From Azolla caroliniana (taxonomy: Eukaryota > Plantae > Polypodiophyta), in assembly GCA_043228905.1 (NCBI GenBank), contig JBHGNT010000010.1, positions 13,826,001 through 13,890,000 of the forward strand: a stretch of 64,000 bases of DNA. Reading direction: 5' to 3'. Position numbers and translations under genes: made by a program. This document shows, in pieces, positions 53,001 to 64,000 of the stretch. The notes below the pieces were generated by a model, which was given only the letters and a program-made list of their open reading frames with translations, had not been told where the DNA came from and ran no database searches. How positions within the stretch are numbered: position 1 is the stretch's first letter; every line of letters begins with the position of its first letter.

Positions 53001-55344
53001 TGGCAGAGACATCTGGAAAAGAGCCAAGAGCGAGTGGACGAAGGTACCCACTCAGAGAAAGGAAGGCACCGACTACATATGCCAGTCAATACATCCTCTT
53101 GACTGATGATGGTGAACCAGACTGTAATGAAGAAGCCACTACCGATGAGAGTAGAGAAAAATGGCTGAACACGATGCAAGAGGAGATGGAATCCTTCCAC
53201 GCGAATTACACCTATGACCTAGTAGAGCTTCCGAAAGGTAAGAGAGCACTCAGGAATAAATGGGTCTATAAGGTGAAGACTGGAGAAGTCGACAACGAGT
53301 CCGGGTATAAAGCCCGCATAGTGGTGAAGGGTTTCCAACAGAAGAAGGGCGTCGACTTTGACGAAATATTCGCACCAGTTGTGAAGATGACATCCATTTG
53401 AACTGTTTTGAGCATAGCGGCCAGTTTGGACCTGGAGATCGAACAGTTGGATGTCAAAACCGCATTTCTACACGGGGAGTTAGACGAAGAGATCTACATG
53501 CGTCAACCCAAAGGTTTTGAGGAGAAAGGGAAAGAGAATCTGGTGTGTCGACCGAGGAAAAGATTGTACGGTCTGAAACAAGCTCCACACCAATGGCACA
53601 AGAAATTCGAGTCCTTCATGATGGAACATCGGTTCTAGAAAACACAGGTTGATCACTGTGTGTTCGTCAAAAGGTACGAGGAAGGAGATTTCTTGTTTCT
53701 TTTCCTATATGTTGATGATATGTTGATAGTCGGTCAAGATGCAAGGAAGATTGGAAGCTTGAAGAAAGCTCTTGGCAAATCATTTGCCATGAAAGACCTT
53801 GGACCGGCAAAGCAAATCCTAGGAATGCACATAACCCGAGAAAAAGCTCGGAAGGTGCTATGGTTGTCACAACAGAAGTATGTAACGAAGATCCTAGAGA
53901 GGTTCAACATGACGAACGCAAAGCCGGTCGGCTTAGTGCTGCCGATAATTTGCAGACTAAATGCGAAGTAGTGTTCGAAAGGGCAGATGGCAAAGGATGA
54001 GATGAAGAAGGTCCCATATGCCTCAGCCATCAGAAGTCTAATGTATGCTATGGTTTGTACGAGACCGTACATAGCATTTGCTGTGGGAGTAGTAAGCTGA
54101 TATATGAGTAATCCAGGGAGAGAACATTGGGCAGCGGTGAAGTGGATACTCAGGTACTTGAAAGGCACCTCGGAAGTGTGCCTAAGGTATGGTGTCGGAA
54201 AACCTGTGCTGGAAGGTTTTACCGATTTGGACATGTCAGGAGATGTCGACTCAAGCCGATCCACGTTAGGGTACGTGATGACCTATGCAAGGGAGCAGTG
54301 TCATGGCAATCACAATTGCAGAAGTCTGTAGCCTTGTCGACTACAGAGGCAGAGTATATGGCAGCGGTAGAGGCCGGAAAAGAGCTGATCTGGATGAGAA
54401 ATTTCCTCACCGAACTAGGCATGAAGCAAAAGGAGTTCTTGCTTCATTGTGATAGCCAAAGTGCCATACGTCTAGCCAAGAACGCGACATACCACTCTCG
54501 GACCAAGCACATACAAAGAAGGTATCATTGGTTGAGAAAGAGAGTCAAAGATGGAGAGTTTGCTCTTGAAAAGATCCATACTGACGACAATGGATCCGAC
54601 ATGCTGACGAAGAACCTACCTATGGACAGACTCTGAGTCTGTCGACAAAATACAGGACTGACAGATTTCCTCCCACAGGACTGAAGGGGGAGTTTGTTGG
54701 GAATATGTCCCTCCAGTGGGAGGATGATCCGACTGTTCGGAAAGCTGACAGTCGAAGAGTCAGAAAACAGTGAGTCGACTGTTTGAGAATTCGACTATTA
54801 TTAGTATTATGATAATAATTATGATGATGTTAGGAAATAGGTCTCTCCTGATGGGGAGAGAGAGGAGCTGAGTTGATGAGGGACTTGGCCGAGGCCGATA
54901 GGCCGAGTCCGAAACCGGAATTGTGTACATAGCCAACTCGGGAGACTACATTTGTAAATAGTCTGAAAGTTGCGTAAGTATATATGCAACTAGGGAAAAC
55001 TTTAGCGAGTGTAGAACAATGTAAGAACATAACAGTAGAAACAGTGAGTGTGAGTGAGAGAGAAGAAGGAAGAGTCGCGCCATTGCTGTGTGTATAATAG
55101 CAAACGCGAAGAGCCCTGTGCGGTTGATGCACTCGAGAGAGAGTGTTGTAATCTTCTCGCTATTGTATATCCACTATTTGTATAGTGAAGAATCTGTTCT
55201 TGTGCTTTTCCCCATTTTAGGGTTTCCACGTAAATCTCTATGTACATCTGTTTTTTTCTTGTCTTTGCTTGGCACATTTCTGTGATTCGTATTTTCAGCG
55301 TAGTTCGTTTACTATGACTTATATTCCGCAACGATTTCTCAACA
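50050..55344 (+). mobile_element. Ty1/copia family A, full-length, decayed
   Basis: TSD GTTTC (50045-50049 and 55345-55349); LTRs 50050-50636 and 54695-55344; PBS-like TGTTATCAGAGC at 50640; gag-PR-IN-RT-RH order with many stops. Confidence 0.94.
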
Positions 55345-57080
55345 GTTTCGTGGCAGTCGAGGCTGCAAAAGATGATTGCGTTGTCAACCACGGAGGCGGA
55401 GTACAGGGTAGCTGGCAAGGAGTTAATCTGAATTAATGACTTCATCAAAGAGTTAGGAATCCAACAAGAGGAATACCGGCTCTACTGCGACAATCAAAGT
55501 GCCATCCACCTTGCAAAGAACGCGTCCTACCATTCACAGACGAAACATATCCAGCGGAGGTACCACTGGATCTAGGAGAGAGTAGGAGATCAAGAGTTCA
55601 TGCTGACAAAGATCCACACGGAGGAAAACGGGTCGGACATGCTGACTAAGGTGCTGACAACCGATAAGTTGGACGCATGCCGAAAGCGGATTGGGCTGAT
55701 AAGACATCCCATGCCGGTGTGAAGGGGGAGATTGTTGGGAAATCGCTCCCTCTGGATGGGATCCGGTGATGAATGAAGAGGACCTAGTGAGAACCAGAAG
55801 AGATCCGGAAACCGAAGGAGACCTAGTGAGAACCGGAAGAGAGACATATCTGTAAATATGTTTTTTCGAGTAAGCCTATTGAGGCTATATTTGTAAATAA
55901 TTCTAAGTTCATATAAGTATAAATATGACTTAGGGCAATCACTTTATGTGGTTGTGTGTTGTAGCCATATTGTTGTATGTGTATAACTATTGATAGAGAG
56001 AGAGTGTGTGTGTGTGTGAGATACAGAACGGTTTCTATTGTAACCGCCGCTTGGCGAAGAAACAAAGCTGGAGGTCATTGCCTCCGAGTCTCTGATTGTA
56101 CCTCTCTCATAATGGTGATAATTCGGAGCCTGTGGGCTCCCGTGGTTTTTCCCTAGCAGGGTTTTCCACGTAAACATCCTGTGTACTCTCTATTGTTCAT
56201 GTGTGTTGAAGTATTCATCTCTATTCCCATTTCTGTGTTTAATCCTTAAATGAAGTGTTTCATTACTCGGTTGTGGCCGAGCAGTATTTCACACTATTCT
56301 CTTCAATAGTATATATCTTATCCAGTCACAAATTGTCCTACTCATCCTCTCAGCCACACCGTTGTGCTAAGTTGTTTTCTGAACACTCCTCTCAAGCCTA
56401 ATACCATGCACACAACCACATTGCCCAAATTGTTCCCCATGTTCAGCGCCATGAGTTGCGCATGTACATTTCAACTTGCATTATGTAGAGGGAATTCTGT
56501 TTTAGACAGTTTGCTATGATTAGGGAATTCTTTTTCCATCTTCCTTCACCAAAGTAATTTTCATATCCCTCATCATCAAGCTTACCAGTAGAGATGATAT
56601 TCAACAGAATATCTCATACATGGCTTACATCCCTCAATATGAGTTTACTACCCGTATCGGAGACTAAGAGTACATCCCCTATGCCAACGGCCTTTGTCAT
56701 ACTGTGGTTAGCCATTTTGACTTTACCAAAGTCACCACCGGTATATGACTCAAACATTTCCCGATACGGGGTGATGTGATACAAGGCTCCCGAGTCAATG
56801 ATCCAATCATTTTGTTGACATGCTAAACTATCACAAGAATAATCATAGAAAATAATAACATCGCCATCACATGTGGCTATTATAGAGTCATTTTTCTTGT
56901 CGTTATTGGTTCCATTCTTTTGGTTCCTCTTCTTCTTCCTACAATCTCTTTCGTAGGGATTTGGACCACCAAAATAACGACATGAGAAATCTTTCTTGAA
57001 GTCTTTCCTAATTCTAGATTTTAACCTCCCCTCAACATTATTTCTATGATCTTGTGGACCCCGACCCGAGTATGGCTTTA

Positions 57081-57279
57081 CTAATCAATAGACCAAAGTA
57101 AAGTAAAAGAAGGGAAATAGATTGGATAAGAATATGGTCCACCCGATCACCTCCCAAGCTATGATCTAGACATAGCCAACCTACCACCGATGTCCCATAC
57201 CGCCGTATATAATGGGTGGAAGGAGTTCTTCTATCCAATCTATTTCCCTTCTTTTACTTTACTTTGGTCTATTGATTAG
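57081..57279. mobile_element. MITE-like fold-back element (199 bp)
   Basis: Perfect 48-bp inverted repeats 57081-57128 and 57232-57279, flanked by TA on both sides; interrupts copia D gag. Confidence 0.8.
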
Positions 57280-57394
57280 TAATAGACTCTTAACAATTGG
57301 GGTTGTTTTCTATGACCAAGGCTTCGTGCTCATTGTTGGACTTGTGCACCTTTTGTCTTGTTTGTTCATGTAGAAGACTCGACTTAAGCGTGTC

Positions 57395-59831
57395 TGTTGA
57401 GAGTCGAACTCAACTTCCCATAGATAGGTTTCACACTAGCTCATGGACATGTTGGGCTAGTTTTGTAAATAGTAGAAAGGGCACTTGCCCTAGCTTAGTT
57501 GGTATATAAACCAACGCATTGTAACTTAGTTATTGTTGGATGTTTTATGTTTGATGTATTTTTGGTTAATATACAGTTTGTTTCCATCTCTGCCTTAAGA
57601 GCTCTCTCTTTCTCTCTCCCTTTGTTGCCTCACACACACACACACTCAATCTTCTTCCGCTACATTGCAATCACTCTTGCCGCCCATTCCGTTACATGGT
57701 ATCAAAGTGTGTGGTTATCTGATTAAGCCTATTCGACTATGTTGTGCTGCACGCCGACGATCAACAGAGAAGAAATCACCATGAATACTCAAATGGGAAG
57801 CGCTCTTCCTATCAAGAAGCTCGATAGAATGAACTTTGCATCATGGGAATACAAGATGCATCAATACCTTGTCGGACAAGGCTACTGGAGCTACATCAAA
57901 GGAGGTCACGAATCACAACCCAACCCAACACACGCCGACTATCCCGCTTGGGAGTAGGCCACAAGCCGTGTGTTGTATTGCCTTGCATCATGCGTTCATG
58001 ATCATATGCTCTGCTACATTCGAGAGGCAAAAACGCCGAAGCAGGCGTGGGAAAACCTCAAGAAGATTTTCGCAGCCAATACGGCCGCACAAAAGCTCCA
58101 ACTTCGACAAGAGCTGAACAATCTTCAACAAAGGGACATGTCAATCGGCTACTACACCTTAAAGATCAAGGAGTTGTGCGATGCCCTTGGATCAATCAAT
58201 GTTAGCATTGACGAGGAAGAAATGGTGCAGATATGCCTCGGTGGCTTGGCACCGCGATTTGGCGCAATAAGATCGGCCGTTCTCACGAGCAAGAATCCTC
58301 CCTCCTTTTTTGATCTCCAATCATTGTTGCTAGTTGAAGAGAATCACATGCGTCAAAGAAACAACGTGCATGACAGACAAATGCTATATTAGAACTTTGA
58401 TGGAGGAAGAGGACAAAGCCACGGAAGGAGAGGTCGATTCGGCCAAGGCCGACACAACCAAGAGCGTAACTCCCACCAATGGCAAGCGGATAGAAATAAC
58501 CCTAGAGAGTTCGGCGGAAGGGGGAGTCATCACGCTGGACCAAGCAACCGTAGGAACCTAGTTGAGTGCAGGTACTGCGGAAAACCTGGCCACTATGAAG
58601 AGGAGTGTCGGAAGAAGAAGCATGAGCAAGGTCGACAACTGACAAATTACGCCACGAACTTTGACTACGGAGACCGAGGCTGAATGTTCATAATGAAGCA
58701 CGAAGCACACTCAATGTCCGCACTTGTGTCAACTACCGATTCCACTCCGAACAACGTATGGTTTGTCGATTTGGGAGCATCCAATCACATGACGTCCCAT
58801 GAAGATTGGTTTCGGGAACTACGGAAGCCCGAACGTCCCGGATATGTCGAAACAAGAGATGACACGACTCACCCAATACAGCATATCGGGAACGTTCCAT
58901 TCAGAAACGACGACAAACAAACCTAGCTCAAGAACGTGCTGCATGTCCCCACTATTACGAAAAACTTGGTCTCGGTTGGCAAGATTGTCGAACAAGGAAT
59001 GCAAGTACGCTTCAATAACGATAGGTGCTTCATTGAAAAAGGGATCAAGTCATAGCTCACGGCCGTCGTGAAGGCCGTATTGTATGTTCATCCCTGAATC
59101 GAGCAAGGTAAAATTGGCCATGTTTGCAAATGGCCAGAAAGTCGAAACCAAGTTGAAACTGGGGCACAAGATAATCAACCACATCAATCCCCAAAAGCTC
59201 CAGAACATGCAATCGAAAGGAGTCGTAATCGGACTCCTGAACTTTACGGCGAAGGAGATTACAAGCGTATGCAAAGCATGTCAGTTTGGAAAACAACGCC
59301 GCCACCCATTCCCTAAAGAGTGGAATGTGAGCAAAGGAATCTTGGATGTCGTACATTCAGATGTGTGGGGACCAACCCAGACAGCAACATTCGGCAGATG
59401 CGAATACTATGTCACGTTCATTGACGACTTCTCCAGGAACACTTGGATCTATCCAATGAAGTAGAAGAGTGAAGTGTTCAGGCACTTCCAGACATTCAAA
59501 GCCGCAGTCTAAAAAACTACGGGTCGACATGTACGCTGTCTTCGATCGGATGGAGGCAAAGAATATTTTTCGGATGAATTTTCGGCATATCTCCGAAAGG
59601 AAGGAATCCGACGAGAGTTCTCGTGTCGATACACGCCTCAGCAAAACAGCGTAGCAGAGTGTAAAAATCGCCATGTAGTAGAAGTCTCACGAGCCATGAT
59701 GAACAAGAAGAACCTGCCGAAATCATATTGGGCAGAAGCGGCAAATACAACTGTATATCTCATGAACAAGTGCACAACCTCGGGAGTACACGATATAACT
59801 CCGCATGAGAAATTCTTTGGAAAGAAGCCGG
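57395..59831 (+). mobile_element. Ty1/copia family E, 5' LTR to integrase
   Basis: LTR ~57395-57696 (TGTTGA...GTTACA); PBS TGGTATCAAAG at 57697; gag, CRYCGKPGHYEEEC, WFVDLGASNHMT, VHSDVWGP. Confidence 0.87.
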
Positions 59832-60339
59832 TGTCGTGAAGAAAACCGGCCTTAGGCGGAATCGGTGAAAAAAGTGTATGAACTAGCCCTTACGCGCGGA
59901 CACAAGTATTGAAAAAAGGGTACATTAATAGGAATAGGTGGGCTGATGTACATATACTAGGAAGTAAAGATTTATTAACTAGGAAATCGATGCGGATCTC
60001 TATCCAAAGGGACAGAGAATAAAGGTGATGCGACAGGATGTAACGGTCCCTCTCCAACGGCCTATAAAAGGGGAGGGGAAAAGACAGAGAGGGCTATCGC
60101 GTTTTGGCTAGGACGAGGTGTTGTCAGATTGGGAACCGAGCTCTCTCCTCCTCCTCTTTCGTTGTTTTCTGCATGTTCTGAGTTGGTTGCCTCTGCTTCG
60201 AGGAAAGCCATGTGCTTCCGGGAAGGCTCTACTGTGTGTGTGCGTGGGCGTGTGGTTGTCTGGGTTGGGTCAGTCGCTAGTTATCCGTTTGTAATCTTGC
60301 ATACTCTGTAACCTTTACTGATATTGGAATAGAATCTCT

Positions 60340-60388
<49 letters not shown>

Positions 60389-61668
60389 TTCCGTGAGTCT
60401 CCCCTTTTATGCGAGCGTGCATCTTGTGCAGTCGGTATATGCGTTAGTGGTTCATTCAGTTGGAATGCGCTATCGGTTGTAAGTGGGCCTAACCGGTCCT
60501 GTGCATGCGTTCTTCCTCTGCCCCGTCTTCTTCTTTATCTTGCACCTTGGTTTAGGGCCCCCGCGGTCCAGCCTTATTTCCTACGCAAAAGCGGAACAAC
60601 ACAACACAATTTGGTGAACCCAACGTGAAGCAAGGCGGCAAAGGAGTCAAAGATGAGGGGATCAAAGCTCGCCGAAGCCATGGCAGCAGCAGTCGATCAG
60701 ATAGTAAGTGCTCGCGAGGGCATGGGCGCCCTCGATAGGGCCATCGAAGCAATTGTCGGCACAATAGGCCAGTTCGGTGGGAAGGACGCCACGAGCTATT
60801 TGACGGTCTACCAAACGGAGATGGTGATGAGGGACATTCCGGAAGACACGCGATTGGCCGGATTCCCTCGGGTGGCAACATTGGGTATCCACGCGGAGGT
60901 GCTCGGGGTGTAGGCCGGATGCCGGACCTGGGAAGAGTTCGAGGGGCGGCTCCTCGAAAGGTACAGGCTCCATGATGCACTTCGACTATCGAAGCGAGAT
61001 TTCATGGCTTGGGTGGAGACCCCCAGAAAAGGTAGGAATGCGTCGGTGCTTCTACAGAAGTTTGAAGAACGCTTCACGCAGCTCTCGGCACTAGACAGAG
61101 CCATGCTAGACACGAGCCATGTCTTGTTGTTTGTCAAAGCCATGGACACGCGGGATCGAGATCAGGTGGGTCTCCTGTTGGAGATGAATGACGGGCTGAC
61201 GACCGACTGGGCCGTGGTGAAGAGAGTCTAAGGCCGTTTTGACAAATGGCGTGAGTGGGGTGACGAGGGATTGTCGACGGCGAGACCCGTCCCGGCAAGG
61301 AAGTTCAATGAGCCTTCGCCGGCACGGAAGGAAGAAACCCGGGATTGGCTCGAGACGGGCTCCACCTCGACCGGTGTGGTCAAGGGCCCATCCGGAGGAG
61401 TGTCTCTAGAAGAGCTGACACAGATGGTGCGCGATCTCCAGATCGCGCAGGCCCGGAGAGACATAGGCGAACAGTTCCGTGACTAGAGGCCTCCGGCTGG
61501 GCAACGATGCATGTGGTGTGATGCGTTCGGCCATGCCTGGAAAGAGTGCACGGATTTTGCAGACACACTTAGAAGCAATGTGGTGTACGTATGGAATAGG
61601 TCAGTGCACACCGGTGATACCCGGAGACCCCTAGAGACGAACTTCGGGCGCGGTGGAATGAAGAGGTT
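59832..61668 (+). mobile_element. Trp-primed gypsy element, 5' LTR and gag
   Basis: LTR 59832-~60608 starting TGTCGTGAAG; PBS TGGTGAACCCAACGTGAA at 60612; gag homologous to 7118-8130. Confidence 0.88.
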
Positions 61669-64000
61669 TGTTAGCCAACCGACAAGGAGTGGAGGACAAT
61701 CTAGAATGTGAAAGGGCAGGAATTATCGGAAGCTGTTATTAGAATATTACGTAATTAAGTATATTTTGAGAAGTGAATGGACAGACCGGAATCAGTATGC
61801 CGATCCAGATCTGGACCGGTTCATATCAGTGTGCCGGTTGGCACTGTTTTGTATGCAGAGCCAGTGATCTATAAAAAGACCCAGTTACATTGTAACCTGA
61901 CGGATAATTAATAAAGCCCTATTGTCTTGTCTCTGTGTATTGATTATCATTTTGTGCTAATTACTTTCTATCTTGCACGTGTATTAAGATTCATGATATG
62001 TTGCTTAAGTAGCTGATAAAGGTCTAAGCAATCGTTAGTCTAAGTTACCTCGTCGTAACACCCTTTGGTGAAATGTCTTCCGTAGACACCTTGTGTTAGG
62101 CTATTGTCCGGCCCTTAGGAGTAACACAGTTTTTGGTGACCACGATTCCTGCATAAAGTGCAGCGAACAATGGCGGGAATGGATGACTAGAACAACGAAC
62201 GGACCGGTTATGTATCGAGCAAGGAGAATTGCTGAGCGGCTGCGGAAGCGAGAGGCCTTCCATCAGGTGGCGGAAGAGATTCGTGCGGATCAATCATTTT
62301 CCAAAGTGATCTGGCGAGTGGGCGAGGAGTCACTCCGTTTGCAACAAGGTTTCCACCCCGACGAAGGAAGCAGCTAAAGTAGTCTTCGAGAAGCGGAATC
62401 CCTTCTACAAGCATTAGCTGTAGGAGAAGGTGACTCAAAACCTTTTTCGGCCTTTGAATCGGACTCGGACGGCGAAATAGCGCTCATTCCAATTACCGAA
62501 GCAGTCACGACACCTCAGATGAACCAACAGACGAGGAATCGGATACCTTACCATCATCGGAACCAGTATTGACAGAACTGGAAGCCACAGACCGGCCAAG
62601 GTCTAAGCAACCCCCGACACCTGAAGCAGAGGAGGAAAGACCTCCCACAGAGGAAGAAAGACCTCCGACGGATGAGGAAGAAAGACCTCCGATACCACCA
62701 GCCTGCGTTCCAACACCGGACGATGACATGTCGTTTCAATATCCCAAGTACCGGGATGATCCGGGCGTAGAGGCCCACGTCTATGCATTTCAGTAGACCT
62801 GGGAAGCGAATCATGTGTCACAACGCTTAACCGCGGCCGAAGCAGAATGCTCAAAGATGGCGGAGTTCGGCATGACCTTGGAAGGGCCCGCCGCCAGATG
62901 GCGCCTGATCAAGATCCCAACACCATCATGACATTTGAGGCATTGAAAACTAAATTCTTACACTTTTTTCACAAAGAGGTGGATCAACGGGAAATGGTCG
63001 GCCTATTTTATACCATCCGGCAGGAGCCTACGGAGAACATTCAACAATTTGTAATCCGATTCTAGAGAATGCACAGCCAGCTCATTTGGGCACCACCGGA
63101 GGAAGAGACTAAGGCGATATTCCTAGCAGCACTCTGGGAACCCCTACGAACGGTGTGCACAGGCATTGATTTCCGCATGAGTATCGTCGACCAGGTCATA
63201 GACCGAGTCAGGGAAATGGGAAAATCCAACTCGTGGCTGACGATGGGGCACTCCAACGAGCGGTACCAACCGATGAAGACCTCCGATTTTGACAAGCAAT
63301 TCAATGTACGACTTGCCTGAATGTCGGACACTCGGCGCTAGAGTGCACTATGCGTTCTCAATGCCTGCTTTGCCATTCCAGAAACCACACAATGTGGATC
63401 GGTGTGAGTATAACTTGTTGAATAGGCAAGCGCCACTGGTCCGGAAAATTGAACCACGGAGCAACCAGGAGGAGGAAGAAGAGCGCTGGCGGCGAGAGGA
63501 GCGTTATCGGCCGGCACAAGATGTCTGGTACAGTGATCGAAGAGACGCTTATATGATACCGCGATCGGTATGATAGATATGATAGATATCGAGACTATAA
63601 TGGGGAACGGAATGAGTGATACAACGGGGATCACTCCCCCGGTTACAACCCACGAAGGGAGGACTATGACAAGTATGACCACCGGTCTCGATAGGGTTAC
63701 CGGAACAAAAAGCATTTCAACAAAAAACAACATTTCAATAAAAAAGGCGATCACCAACAGGATCCGGAAAAGGGTACATCAAGCACCCAACCGGACCAAG
63801 GCTAAGCACTTAGAACAGGACCTCAACTGGGTCCCGGAGCGATAGCAGAATCCAGCAACACCCGGAAAGCTTACTGCTACTATTGCCGACAAAAGGGACA
63901 CTACAGTAATCAATGTCTGGTGAAAAGTTACGATAAGCGACCGACGGTAAACATGGTGGTAGCGGAAGTCGCGGGCGGACATACAACAAGTGACCACGAG
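61669..64000 (+). mobile_element. Further gypsy-like element, 5' LTR and degenerate gag, running off the window
   Basis: 392-bp LTR 61669-62060 (TGTTA...TAACA); PBS-like TGGTGAAATG at 62066; gag-like FEALKTKFLHFF...IRQEPTENIQQFVIRF; CYYCRQKGHYSNQC knuckle near 63875; EEERPP repeated three times at 62629-62691. Confidence 0.78.

Larger units (their letters stand above)
46269..56305 (+). mobile_element. Ty1/copia family B, internally deleted between gag and integrase
   Basis: TSD ATAGT (46264-46268 and 56306-56310); LTRs 46269-46825 and 55733-56305; PBS TGGTATCTGAGC at 46829; RT at 49123-49923. Confidence 0.92.
44421..57394 (-). mobile_element. Ty1/copia family D (RT/RNase H deleted), host of several nested insertions
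   Basis: 3' LTR 44421-45600 (TGTTGGG...CCCAACA) with PPT at 45601-45608; integrase 45700-46268 continuing at 56306; protease WIIDSGA near 56790; gag to 57394. Confidence 0.82.

Overview
Eukaryotic (land-plant) heterochromatic DNA, almost entirely nested and decayed LTR retrotransposons. The lineages present suggest a fern or other seed-free plant, which is an inference. It holds at least four Tcn1/Tf1-type chromoviruses, three related non-chromovirus Ty3/gypsy elements (two with a visible tRNA-Trp PBS), one young Reina-like chromovirus (33323-40732, LTRs differing at about 2 sites), at least five Ty1/copia families, a solo LTR, a MITE and a probable LINE ORF1 fragment. The only host gene is a cinnamate-4-hydroxylase (CYP73A) pseudogene whose exons 1 and 2 are split by nested insertions. 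The most interesting signals are non-coding. (1) tRNA-like A-box/B-box pairs with 32-33 nt spacing recur in LTRs of unrelated gypsy lineages. (2) A GGAUUUU-stop plus pseudoknot -1 frameshift cassette between protease and RT is conserved in two divergent gypsy elements. (3) The 1.7-kb leader of the youngest element carries a covarying five-unit hairpin array. (4) One chromovirus has a self-priming (tRNA-independent) PBS. (5) The youngest element has no TSD and carries a PBS copy after its 3' LTR. All coordinates and pairings were read by eye; no searches or folding programs were run.
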